Shown: positions 9,214 through 19,101, counted from the stretch's first letter. The stretch: DNA of 64,000 bases from Spirochaetia bacterium (GCA_963662795.1 OY759746.1:1472001-1536000); one strand, 5' to 3'. Program-made: numbers and translations. Notes: generated by a model from the sequence alone, not told the origin.

Positions 9214-11997
9214 ATGCTGGATTTTTTTTATACACTGTTTATTTTTCCGATTGAAACTGTAATCAGTGTTTTTTACTGGTTATTTCTGCAGATGTTTGAA
9301 ATACACGGGATCGCCATCATCTGCCTGAGCGTTACCGTAAATATTATACTTCTTCCGCTCTACAATGTCGCCGAAAGGTGGCAGCAGAGGGAAAGGAATA
9401 TCCAGGCTCATCTTAAAAATAAACTTGATGATATAAGGGCCGTATTTAAGGGCGCAGAGCGTCACATGATAATAAGGACATATTACCGGCAGAACCACTA
9501 TCATCCATTTTATTCTTTAAGAAATGTGATAGGGCTTGCAATACAGATCCCCTTTTTTATAGCGGCATATCATTTTTTAAGCCATATGCCGATGTCAGCA
9601 AAAACCAGTTCATATTATTTTATTAAAGATCTCATGCGCCCTGACGCGTTATTGACTGTTTCAGGCCTTTCCATAAATCTGCTTCCCGTAGTCATGACTG
9701 TGATAAACCTTGTTTCCGCGTTTGTTTATTCCGGCAAGCTTCAGAAAAAGGAAAAAAACCAGCTTTTTATAATGGCGCTGCTCTTTCTTGTACTTCTTTA
9801 TAATTCTCCGGCCGGGCTTGTCCTTTACTGGACAATGAATAATGTGATATCCCTGATCAAGAATATTATAAACTCAGGCCGGAATCCCAGGAAGTATTTT
9901 TATATTACTCTTGCTGGTTTTGCAGCTTTCATGTTTGTTTACTCCCTGTTGTTGAGATATCCCCTGTTCATGAGACTGGCCGGCCTTGATGGGTTTGTTT
10001 TTAAGGCAAAAAAAATACGGCAGATAAATATAATTACAGGAAGTTTTTTTGCTTTTGTTTTATTGTTTCCGGTATTTTCAAAATTTATCCATAAAGCAGT
10101 TGAAAATATATTTTCAGGATTAAAGAATTCCCTAAAGGACGGAACAGCTGTTTTTGCGTTATCGTGCATAATATTGTTTATGCTGACAGGCCTTGTTGCC
10201 CCTTCATTTCTGATTTCAGGTTCTCCGCTTGAGTTTGCGGAAGTTATCTCCGGCGGCAACTATAACCCCTCCTGGGCAATAGTTAAATCTGCACTGCAGG
10301 CCTTTTCCCTGTTTATTTTTATTCCTTCTGTAATTTATATCCTTTTCTCCAGGGATGTAAAAAAATACCTGATCCTTTTATCTTTCCTTTTTGCGGTGAC
10401 GGCTCTTGTAAACATTTTTATCTTTTCCGGCTCCTACGGGGTAATCAGTCCGGATTTTACATTTGATAATTCACAGATACTGAAGCCTGAAGTGTATCAG
10501 GTTTTTCTTAACTTTTCTGGAATAGTATCTGCTGCGGCTCTAAGCGTTTTCTTAATTAAAAAAAAATATTATAAAATTATAAACAATTTATTAATTATAA
10601 TAATAATTTCACTTGCAAGTATTTCTGCTTTTAATATACATAAAATCAATTCAGAATTTCGCCACATGCTTTCCTATAATTCTGTTTTGACTTTTGAGGA
10701 AAAAAATCAAAAATCCAAGAATATTTTTACTTTATCAAAAAAAGGAGAAAATGTTTTTGTTATAATGTTGGACAGGGCCCTTGGCGGACTGATGGGTGAG
10801 GTTTTAAACCATAATCCTGAGTTTCTGGAGCAAATGACGGGTTTTGTCTGGTATCCAAATACAGTTTCTTTTAACGGACATACCCTGCTGGGCGCACCGC
10901 CTCTTTTCGGCGGTTATGAATATACGCCAGTTGAAATGAATAAACGTGATAAATTGCCGCTTGTAGATAAGCATAATGAAGCTCTTCTCGTAATGCCTCG
11001 TATTTTTCTTGAAAGTGGATATGAAGTTAAAGTTACAGATCCGAGTAATGCCAACTATTCTGAAATACCGGATCTCAGTATTTTTAAGGAGTATCCCGGC
11101 ATAAAGGCAGAATTAATTGTCGGTAAATTCACCTCAGACTGGATTAATGAAAATATTAAAGATGATTCAAATAGTAACATTTCAGAAGTATTGAATGAAT
11201 ATCTTCTAAATTTCAGTATTTTCAGAATAGCACCTAATTTCCTTCGAAGCAGAATTTATGACAGCTCCAGATGGTTAAAGCCTGTTAAGGCAAACCTTCC
11301 TCTTAGGTTCATAGACAGTTATTCTATTCTTGATTATCTCCCCAGGATAACAGGGTTTGATGCGGAAAAAAATACTTTCAATATGACTGTTAATTATACA
11401 ATTCATGAACCCAGAATACTTAATATATACTTACCTGAAGAGTTCAGAAGTACTCTGTCAGAAGATTTCAACTATAAAACTTCAATTCAGGACAGCTATA
11501 CGCTTAAACATTTTTATACTCAGATTGGGGCATTTCAAAAACTATGTAAATGGTTTAATTATTTAAAAGAGAATAATGTTTATTCCAATACAAAGATAAT
11601 AATCGTTTCAGATCACGGCCGTCGTGATATAGTCGATCCGTTTTTTATTAACTTTTCAGATGATAATAAACTAACAAATAATTATACATATTATCATCCT
11701 TTACTGCTTGTAAAAGAATTTAATGCAGAAGGAAAACTAAAAATCTCTGATGACTTTATGACAAACGCAGATGTTCCATCAATTGCTGTTTCACATCTGG
11801 ATAATGGAGTTAATCCGTTTACAGGCAACCCAATTAAAGGTGAACAGAAGAAGGACGGAGTGGATATTGTAACAGTTCATACCTGGAAAGAAGATCTTAA
11901 CTACAGTAAATATAAATTCAAATTTTCAGATAAAGATATTATTCATGTAAAAAATAATATTTTCATAAAAGAGAACTGGACTGGGATTATTAAATGA
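9214..11997 (+). CDS. YidC/Oxa1 insertase domain fused to a multi-TM segment and an alkaline-phosphatase/sulfatase-fold (LtaS/EptA-like) domain
   Basis: Residues 1-~220 carry YidC core features (IILLPL, QIPFFIAAY, IKDLMRPD, NLLPVVM, PAGLVLYWTMNN). About 6 more TM helices follow, then NVFVIMLD, NTVSFNGHT, IHEP, IIIVSDHG and FMTNADVP. Confidence 0.8.
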   Translation: MLDFFYTLFIFPIETVISVFYWLFLQMFEIHGIAIICLSVTVNIILLPLYNVAERWQQRERNIQAHLKNKLDDIRAVFKGAERHMIIRTYYRQNHYHPFYSLRNVIGLAIQIPFFIAAYHFLSHMPMSAKTSSYYFIKDLMRPDALLTVSGLSINLLPVVMTVINLVSAFVYSGKLQKKEKNQLFIMALLFLVLLYNSPAGLVLYWTMNNVISLIKNIINSGRNPRKYFYITLAGFAAFMFVYSLLLRYPLFMRLAGLDGFVFKAKKIRQINIITGSFFAFVLLFPVFSKFIHKAVENIFSGLKNSLKDGTAVFALSCIILFMLTGLVAPSFLISGSPLEFAEVISGGNYNPSWAIVKSALQAFSLFIFIPSVIYILFSRDVKKYLILLSFLFAVTALVNIFIFSGSYGVISPDFTFDNSQILKPEVYQVFLNFSGIVSAAALSVFLIKKKYYKIINNLLIIIIISLASISAFNIHKINSEFRHMLSYNSVLTFEEKNQKSKNIFTLSKKGENVFVIMLDRALGGLMGEVLNHNPEFLEQMTGFVWYPNTVSFNGHTLLGAPPLFGGYEYTPVEMNKRDKLPLVDKHNEALLVMPRIFLESGYEVKVTDPSNANYSEIPDLSIFKEYPGIKAELIVGKFTSDWINENIKDDSNSNISEVLNEYLLNFSIFRIAPNFLRSRIYDSSRWLKPVKANLPLRFIDSYSILDYLPRITGFDAEKNTFNMTVNYTIHEPRILNIYLPEEFRSTLSEDFNYKTSIQDSYTLKHFYTQIGAFQKLCKWFNYLKENNVYSNTKIIIVSDHGRRDIVDPFFINFSDDNKLTNNYTYYHPLLLVKEFNAEGKLKISDDFMTNADVPSIAVSHLDNGVNPFTGNPIKGEQKKDGVDIVTVHTWKEDLNYSKYKFKFSDKDIIHVKNNIFIKENWTGIIK

Positions 11998-13280
11998 AAT
12001 TCCAATTTTACATCTTTTATTTTATTTTTATCAACACGTTTCTTGTACAGGCTTATATAGATCCGGGTACAGGGAGCATGCTGTTTGCCGTGCTGACCGG
12101 AATAATCTCAACTCTTTTCTTTGCCGGAAAAACACTGTTTATAAGACTGAAGACTTTGCCGTTCTGGTATAAAAAAGATAAAACAGCAGTTTCCGGAGCA
12201 GAAAGAAAGAAATATGTTTTTTATTCTGAAGGAAAGCAGTACTGGAATGTCTTTAAACCTGTTATTGATGAATTCATCAGGCGTAAACTTTCATGCAGTT
12301 ATTATACATCGGATAAGGAAGACCCGGGCCTTGAAGTCTCATCTGAATTTGTTAAACCGGAGTTTATCGGGAGAGGTAATATGGCCTATTCAAAACTGAA
12401 TATGCTTGAGACTGATATCTGTGTTATGACAACTCCCGGTCTTGATGTTTACCAGCTTGAAAGATCTAAAGGGGTAAAGCATTACAGCCATATACTCCAT
12501 GCGGTAGACGATACTACCCTCTATAAACTTTTCAGTTTTGATTATTATGATTCCATGTTTCTTTCAGGGGAATATCAGAAAGAAAGCATCAGGGAGCTTG
12601 AGGCTAAAAGGGGAACAAAAGAGAAAGACCTGTATGTCACAGGCAGCACATATCTTGATGTTCTCTCATCAAAAGTAAAAACGCTTGATGTAAAGAGAAA
12701 AAATGATGTGATAACTGTTCTCGTATCTCCATCATGGGGAGACAATTCTCTTTTAAAAAAATTCGGACTTAAACTGCTTCTTCCATTGGTTAAGTCAGAA
12801 ATGCGTGTAATATTAAGGCCGCATCCGCAGTCGTCCATTTCTGAAACAGAATTGCTTGATAATATAAAAGAAGGTCTTAAGGATTTTAAAAATGTTGAAT
12901 GGGATTTTTCGCGGGAGAACATAACGTCAATGGCAAGATCTGATATAATGATTTCAGATTTTTCCGGAATTATGTCTGATTACCTGTTTCTTTTTTCAAA
13001 ACCTGTTATCTATACGAGTTATGAATTTGATAAAAGAGGTTATGACTTAAGCGATGTCGAAGGAATCCCCTGGAAATTCAGAATGCTGAAAGAAGCGGCA
13101 GTTGAAATCGGTGAAGAAAATTTTAATGATGTTTCAGCAATAATCAAAAAAACACTTGCCAGCGATGTTGTTTCCAGAAAAATTGAGGAAGCTAAAAACA
13201 CTGCATGGTTCTATCAGGGAAAAGCAGGCGAAAAATGCGCCGATGCGCTTGAAAGTATTCATTCAAACCTTGAAAATTGA
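11994..13280 (+). CDS. CDP-glycerol:glycerophosphate phosphotransferase (TagB/TagF family) with N-terminal signal plus TM anchor
   Basis: VSPSWG, LRPHP, SDIMISDFSGIMSDYLFLFSKPVI motifs; N-terminal AYIDPGTGS-TM module. Confidence 0.8.
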   Translation: MKFQFYIFYFIFINTFLVQAYIDPGTGSMLFAVLTGIISTLFFAGKTLFIRLKTLPFWYKKDKTAVSGAERKKYVFYSEGKQYWNVFKPVIDEFIRRKLSCSYYTSDKEDPGLEVSSEFVKPEFIGRGNMAYSKLNMLETDICVMTTPGLDVYQLERSKGVKHYSHILHAVDDTTLYKLFSFDYYDSMFLSGEYQKESIRELEAKRGTKEKDLYVTGSTYLDVLSSKVKTLDVKRKNDVITVLVSPSWGDNSLLKKFGLKLLLPLVKSEMRVILRPHPQSSISETELLDNIKEGLKDFKNVEWDFSRENITSMARSDIMISDFSGIMSDYLFLFSKPVIYTSYEFDKRGYDLSDVEGIPWKFRMLKEAAVEIGEENFNDVSAIIKKTLASDVVSRKIEEAKNTAWFYQGKAGEKCADALESIHSNLEN

Positions 13281-13304
13281 TTCATCGGAACGGGAGGCGG
13301 TAAA

Positions 13305-13787
13305 TTGAAATATGACAGATGTGTAGTAAACGGCGTATTTGATCTTTTTCATGTAGGGCACGTGAGGCTGCTGCAGAGGGCAAAGGAGATGTTCAAAGAA
13401 GTCGTTGTAACAATCGATTCAGATGAACTTACAATGAAAGAAAAAAGAAGACCGATATTTAATCAGGATGAACGGCTTGAAATAGTAAAGGCATGCAGGT
13501 ACGCCGATGACGCTCTTATTATCGACCGTTCGTGGGGGCCGCACGCGGTTGACCCTGCAATGGTTGATGACTTCATGAACAAGTACAATGTAGATGCTGC
13601 TTTTGTCGCGGCTGACGATGAGGAATATGTTAAATACTGGTTCGGGCATTTGCACAGCCAGGGGCGGGTGGTAATTGTCCCGAGGACAAAATACATATCA
13701 ACAACGCATGTGATAAAGATCGTAAACGGTGAAATTGTAAAGGAAGAAAAAGTGAACCTGCTTAACGGCGGCGGACAGGGTAAATGA
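13305..13787 (+). CDS. Cytidylyltransferase, TagD-like
   Basis: GVFDLFHVGH (HxGH), ERLEIVKACRYAD, RTKYISTT (RTxGISTT-like); TTG start with GGAGG SD. Confidence 0.85.
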   Translation: MKYDRCVVNGVFDLFHVGHVRLLQRAKEMFKEVVVTIDSDELTMKEKRRPIFNQDERLEIVKACRYADDALIIDRSWGPHAVDPAMVDDFMNKYNVDAAFVAADDEEYVKYWFGHLHSQGRVVIVPRTKYISTTHVIKIVNGEIVKEEKVNLLNGGGQGK

Positions 13788-14818
13788 AAAAAATTCTTGT
13801 GACAGGGGGATGCGGTTTTATAGGCTTTCACCTTGTAAGGGAGCTTGCGGGAGGTGATTTTAAAATTACCGCGCTTGATTCCATTAACAGCTATTATGAT
13901 CAGGAACTGAAATACCGCAGGCTTGAAGAACTTGGTATCCGAAAAAGCGATATAGCGGATAACAAAATGCTCAAATCAAAGCTTTTTTCGGATGTTGAAT
14001 TCATCAAACTTGATACGGCTGAGAAGGAAGAGCTGGATAATCTGTTTAAGGAAAAAAAATTTGATATTGTATGCCATCTTGCCGCCCAGGCCGGGGTACA
14101 GTATTCGCTGGTCAATCCGCAGTCGTATATTGACAGCAATATAACGGGGTTTTTGAATGTTCTTGAATCCTGCAGAACATACGGCCCCCGAAAACTTGTT
14201 TATGCGAGCAGTTCGAGCGTTTACGGCAATAATGTCAAGCAGCCGTTTGCGGAATCCGACAGGACCGACAGCCCTGTGAGTATGTACGCGGCAAGCAAGA
14301 AATGCAACGAGCTTATGGCCGGAGTCTACAATTCCCTTTACGGACTTAAGTCCGTCGGATTGAGGTTTTTTACGGTTTACGGCCCCTGGGGAAGACCTGA
14401 TATGGCCTATTTCAAGTTTGTCAGGAAGATTTTAAACGGAGAGCCGATTGAGGTTTACAATAACGGAGTAATGAAGAGGGATTTTACATATATCGACGAT
14501 ATTACCGAAGGGCTTAAGAGAGTTATTACTTCCTTTGCCGAAAGCGGTGAGGATGTAAAATCAGAAATTTACAATATCGGCAGGGGCAAGCCAGAAGACC
14601 TCGTATCGTTTATTGAAACTATTGAGAAAAACCTTGAAGTCAGGGCTGAAAAAAAATATATGCCATTCCAGATCGGAGATGTGGAAGAAACCTTTGCCGA
14701 TGTTTCGCTGCTTGAGAAAGATTACGGCTATAAACCCCATGTTGACCTTGAAGAAGGGATCAGGGAGTTTGTGAAATGGTATAAGGCCTGGAATTCCTCA
14801 GGCAAACCTTTCTTTTAA
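13784..14818 (+). CDS. UDP-glucuronate 4-epimerase-like NAD-dependent epimerase (CapI/WbnF type)
   Basis: GGCGFIG, HLAAQAGV, YAASKK, RFFTVYGPWGRPDMA. Confidence 0.9.
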   Translation: MKKILVTGGCGFIGFHLVRELAGGDFKITALDSINSYYDQELKYRRLEELGIRKSDIADNKMLKSKLFSDVEFIKLDTAEKEELDNLFKEKKFDIVCHLAAQAGVQYSLVNPQSYIDSNITGFLNVLESCRTYGPRKLVYASSSSVYGNNVKQPFAESDRTDSPVSMYAASKKCNELMAGVYNSLYGLKSVGLRFFTVYGPWGRPDMAYFKFVRKILNGEPIEVYNNGVMKRDFTYIDDITEGLKRVITSFAESGEDVKSEIYNIGRGKPEDLVSFIETIEKNLEVRAEKKYMPFQIGDVEETFADVSLLEKDYGYKPHVDLEEGIREFVKWYKAWNSSGKPFF

Positions 14819-16111
14819 AAACTTTTTCAGCGCTTCATCGGAATTATCAATTAAAACTGATTCCTTTTTTAAGTTTAAAAGCTTTTCAAGCTGTGCCGGG
14901 AGCGGAGGGTTTTTACCTGTAGCTTTTTCAACTACCTCGAGAAACTTTCCGGGGTGGGCAGTGGACAGGGTTACAACCGCAGTCGCCCCGCTCCTGCCCG
15001 GCAGGGTTTTAATATATCTTTTTGCCGCCGTATAACCCACAGCAGTGTGCGGATCAATAAACCTTTTTTTCTTTTCATAAAAATCCCTTACAGCTTCAAT
15101 TGTCTCATCATCATCTACCCATTCCCCTGTTATCATTTCACCCATCTTTTTGTAATCATCCCTGAAAATATCCTTAAGCCTCTCGAAGTTGCTTGGGTTG
15201 CCGACATCCATGGCATTTGAATATGTCAGAACTGATGGCCGGGGAGTGTAAATTCCTGACTCAAGATATTCGGGCACTTCCCTGTTAAGGTTTGTCGCTG
15301 CGATAAACTTTGTTACGGGAAGGCCCCACCTGGCGGCAAGTACGCCTGCAGTGAGATCTCCGAAATTCCCGCTTGGAACAGAGAAAACAATATCGCTGTA
15401 TCTGTCTTTGAGCTGGTTAACCGCCCAGACATAATAAAACGACTGCGGAAACAGTCTTCCGAGGCTTATGGAGTTTGCGGATGTCAGAGGAAGGGCTGAG
15501 AGTTCGTCGCTTACAAATGCGTCCTTTACCATCCTCTGGCAGTCGTCGAAAGAGCCTTTTACCTCAAGCGCTGTTACATTGCCGCCGAGGGTTGTAAGCT
15601 GTTTTTCCTGGAGAGGGCTTACCCTTCCGGAAGGATAAAGTATTACTACCTCGATATTGTTTCTTTTGTGAAAAGCCTGGGCGACAGCGCTTCCCGTGTC
15701 TCCGGATGTCGCGGTAAGGATTATTGCTTTCCTCTCCTCGTCTTTCAGAAACTCTTCCATGGCGGCGGCAAGAAAGGACGCCCCGAAATCTTTAAAAGCG
15801 CATGACGGGCCGTGATAAAGCTCAAGAATAAACATGTTTTCATCGGCAGATGTCAGTTCCGGTTTAAAGGGAAAAGCTTTCCTGCATACGCTTTCCGCCC
15901 TGTCCGGTGTCAAATCGTCTTTAAGGACAACAGAGGACAGAGCTGATGAGGACTCAATAAAAGAAGTTTTACTGTCCATTGATTTGAATAGATCTGACAG
16001 GTCAGGGTATTCGGCGGGGTTGTACAGCCCTCCGTCAGGCGCAAGCCCCTGAAATACCGCTTCGCGGAAACTTACCATGTTTTCCCTGTTTCTTGTGCTG
16101 TAGAATTTCAT
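14798..16111 (-). CDS. thrC: Threonine synthase
   Basis: MKFYSTR, GLAPDGGL, HGPSCAFKDFG (PLP Lys), ATSGDTG, VPSGNFG, STAHPGKF. Confidence 0.96.
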   Translation of the reverse strand: MKFYSTRNRENMVSFREAVFQGLAPDGGLYNPAEYPDLSDLFKSMDSKTSFIESSSALSSVVLKDDLTPDRAESVCRKAFPFKPELTSADENMFILELYHGPSCAFKDFGASFLAAAMEEFLKDEERKAIILTATSGDTGSAVAQAFHKRNNIEVVILYPSGRVSPLQEKQLTTLGGNVTALEVKGSFDDCQRMVKDAFVSDELSALPLTSANSISLGRLFPQSFYYVWAVNQLKDRYSDIVFSVPSGNFGDLTAGVLAARWGLPVTKFIAATNLNREVPEYLESGIYTPRPSVLTYSNAMDVGNPSNFERLKDIFRDDYKKMGEMITGEWVDDDETIEAVRDFYEKKKRFIDPHTAVGYTAAKRYIKTLPGRSGATAVVTLSTAHPGKFLEVVEKATGKNPPLPAQLEKLLNLKKESVLIDNSDEALKKFLKERFA

Positions 16112-16132
16112 TTTTATCTCCTTGTCAGCCGG

Positions 16133-17518
16133 TCAGCAGCCGAGAAATGTTTTGTGGATTGCGTTAATCGCCTTTACTGTTTCTTCTTTTTTTATTATGA
16201 ATGAAAGATTTCTCTCGGATGAGCCCTGGGCAATAGCCAGGACGTTTATGCTGTTTTCTCCCAGAGTATTGAAAAGTTTACCGGCAATACCCGGTGTTCC
16301 TCTCATGTTTTCCCCGATTATGGCAATTATCTCAAGGTTTTCAATCAGTTCAAACTGCTGAATCTTTTTGGAATCAAGTTCCTCCCTGAGGTTGTCATTA
16401 AGACCTCTAAGCGCCCTTTTGGAATCTTCCTCAAGGCATACAACGCAGATTGTGTGTTCCGATGATGCCTGTGATATCATGATCACATTTACCTCGTTTT
16501 TGGCCAGGACGTCAAAAACCCTTGATGCAAATCCCGGAAGGCCGAGCATGCCTCCCCCCTCAATGTTGATGAGTGAAACGTTATTGATGCTTGCTATCCC
16601 GGTAATCGGCCTGTTATTGGGCTTCGGGGTTTTTATTATCATTGTTCCCGGGGCTGAAGGGTTAAGTGTATTTTTTATACATATCGGTATCTCATTTTCT
16701 ACTGCAGGTATCATCGTATACGGATGAATTACCTTCGCTCCGAAGTATGAAAGCTCCATGGCTTCTTCCACGCTTATCTCCGGTACAACAAAAGCTGTTT
16801 TTACAAGTCTCGGGTCTGCGCTCAATACTCCGTCAACATCTGTCCAAATTTCAATCACATCAGCTTTTATTCCGGCTGCAATTATGGATGCTGTGAAATC
16901 TGATCCGTTCCTTCCGAGTGTTGTGGTTGATCCGTCTTCCGCAGACCCTATAAAGCCTGTAATTACAGGAATACCGCTGATCCCGGAGAGCCTGTCCCTG
17001 ATCAGGGGGTAAGATTCGTCATATTTTACAGAAGCTCTTGTATACTGATTATTGGTTTTGATAATCTCCCTTGAATCAACATATTCTGAATCAACTCCAT
17101 CTGAGTGCATGTATGATGCGATAAGAAAATTATTAAGCCTCTCCCCGAAGCTCGCGACAAGGTCAAGACTTCTCGGGGAACACTCTTTTACAAGTTCAAT
17201 GCCGTGAAGAATATTTGTAAGCTCTTCAATCATCTCTTCTATCTTTGCAATGACATTTACCGCAGTATTTCCGCTCATCAGTTCTTCGGCCGCATTCTTC
17301 TGCCTTGTCCGCAGCAGTTCAATATTTTTCCTGTATCCGCTATTGCCTGAGGCAGCTGTTTTTGACGATTCAATTAAAAGATCAGTAATTCCTTTCATTG
17401 CTGAAAAAACTACCGCTATTTTCGCATCTTTCCTTTCATTTTTTACTATTGCACAAACCTGTCTGATTTTTTCGGCATCCTGCACCGAGCTTCCGCCGAA
17501 TTTCAATACCTTTACCAT
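16133..17518 (-). CDS. Aspartate kinase with two ACT domains (ThrA-like N-terminal half, no homoserine dehydrogenase domain)
   Basis: KFGGSSV, TTLGRNGSD, WTDVDG, ELSYFGAKVIHP, SQASSE and AQGSSERN ACT motifs. Confidence 0.92.
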   Translation of the reverse strand: MVKVLKFGGSSVQDAEKIRQVCAIVKNERKDAKIAVVFSAMKGITDLLIESSKTAASGNSGYRKNIELLRTRQKNAAEELMSGNTAVNVIAKIEEMIEELTNILHGIELVKECSPRSLDLVASFGERLNNFLIASYMHSDGVDSEYVDSREIIKTNNQYTRASVKYDESYPLIRDRLSGISGIPVITGFIGSAEDGSTTTLGRNGSDFTASIIAAGIKADVIEIWTDVDGVLSADPRLVKTAFVVPEISVEEAMELSYFGAKVIHPYTMIPAVENEIPICIKNTLNPSAPGTMIIKTPKPNNRPITGIASINNVSLINIEGGGMLGLPGFASRVFDVLAKNEVNVIMISQASSEHTICVVCLEEDSKRALRGLNDNLREELDSKKIQQFELIENLEIIAIIGENMRGTPGIAGKLFNTLGENSINVLAIAQGSSERNLSFIIKKEETVKAINAIHKTFLGC

Positions 17519-17715
17519 TGCTTAAGTCCTTATCTCGTCAGTTGGAATCAGAAAAATATATATCATTTTTTTAACTTTTGTTTAAGTGTACCGGTGGTAT
17601 AATAATACGGTAAAACCTGATGCCGGGAAAAAAAGGTGGTACAAAACCTCTTTCCTGCTGTATATTTTATATAAAGGGTTTTCAGATGTGCCCATAATAA
17701 TTAAAAAGGGTTTTT

Positions 17716-19101
17716 GTGTCATTTAAAAGAGTTTTATTTACAAAAGCTGAATCTCAAAACAGAAAATATTCCAGATCAGGATGTTTTAGTGATTTGTTGA
17801 CTTTTTTTAAAACATTTTTATTCCTTCCCGGTATCTTCATAATGGTATTTTTTCTTTTTTCATGCTCATCCCTGCAGAAAGCGTCAGATGAAAGTAATGA
17901 TTCAAAAGGAATTGAATCCTCCTCTCTGGCTGGAAAATCCGGAGAGGCGCCGGAAGCTCCGGGAACATCCGGAATATCACCCGAAGGATTACCTGAAAAA
18001 GGAGTTTCCGAAGATGGTAATTCGTATACTGTGACGGCTTCCGGTGCCGGCGAGTGCAGCCCCCGGGAGATTGAGAAACTTTATCATAGCGCAGCCGCAA
18101 ACAGGATAACAAAGGAAGGAAGGATATACCTTCCCGTGAGCGAGGGGAACAAACTTACCTTTATTTCAGGCGATTTCACAGGAGACGGATGCCCCGAGTT
18201 TTATGTGCTTTATTCTGAAGGCAGTTCAGGGGATGATGTATTGAAACTCAATATAACCGATCTTAAGAATATATATCAGGAGGATGTGGGACTGAGACAG
18301 TATCTCCTCGCCGCCTACATCTTTTCAGATAATGCTTTTGTTTATAAAGGGTACGTAAACATTGAAAGCAGGGGAGCTTTCAGCTATCTTGAAAAGAAAG
18401 AGATAAACAGAAATACAAAAACCTATGCGCTCTCTGCAGGATTTCTGACAAGCGAAGGGTCATCAGAGGATCTTGTAATTTTCAGCAGGGATGGAAAATA
18501 CTCCACAATTACAATAAGAAATACCCTTTCCGATTCAATGAGGAAGGAGGACATTGATAACGACGGAATTCTTGACCTGCTCCGTTATGAACAGATTTTT
18601 GTTGACGGGTCAGGCGCCGAGACCTTTATTACCTGGTTTAAATTCAACGGGAAGGAATACCTGCCTGTAAAAACAGTCAATACAGTAAAGGACCTCCGCG
18701 GTTTTCTTGAAAAAACAGAACTGCTGCTTGAAGGGAAAGAACTCGAAAAATTTATTGAAGATTCGATATCACCTCCCGTTCTCAGAAAAATAAGATCAGC
18801 CGGAATCAGCAGCAGCGGGATCCTCCGGAGGGTGTTCATCCCGGCAAGGAGAGATACCGGCTCTTTTGCTGATATAGGGACGCTTCTTTCATCTGAAGCC
18901 GGTATTGATTTTACCTTCCCTGTAATTCTTGAAAACCCTTTCAGGATGGAGAGAGATAACCTTTACAGTTTTACTACCTATGTCAGAGCTTCCCTTAAGG
19001 GAGCGGAAGATACGGAAGAGAATGAGGCTATATATCTGGTGCGTATTTATATGGCGGCTAACCCGTTTGCAGCGAGAAAATATTTTTATTTTGTAAATTA
19101 A
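17716..19101 (+). CDS. Hypothetical lipoprotein (true start probably further downstream)
   Basis: Lipobox-like FFLFSC followed by an S/G/E/P-rich tether; GDFTGDG and DIDNDGILD Ca-loop (FG-GAP-like) motifs. Confidence 0.6.
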   Translation: MSFKRVLFTKAESQNRKYSRSGCFSDLLTFFKTFLFLPGIFIMVFFLFSCSSLQKASDESNDSKGIESSSLAGKSGEAPEAPGTSGISPEGLPEKGVSEDGNSYTVTASGAGECSPREIEKLYHSAAANRITKEGRIYLPVSEGNKLTFISGDFTGDGCPEFYVLYSEGSSGDDVLKLNITDLKNIYQEDVGLRQYLLAAYIFSDNAFVYKGYVNIESRGAFSYLEKKEINRNTKTYALSAGFLTSEGSSEDLVIFSRDGKYSTITIRNTLSDSMRKEDIDNDGILDLLRYEQIFVDGSGAETFITWFKFNGKEYLPVKTVNTVKDLRGFLEKTELLLEGKELEKFIEDSISPPVLRKIRSAGISSSGILRRVFIPARRDTGSFADIGTLLSSEAGIDFTFPVILENPFRMERDNLYSFTTYVRASLKGAEDTEENEAIYLVRIYMAANPFAARKYFYFVN

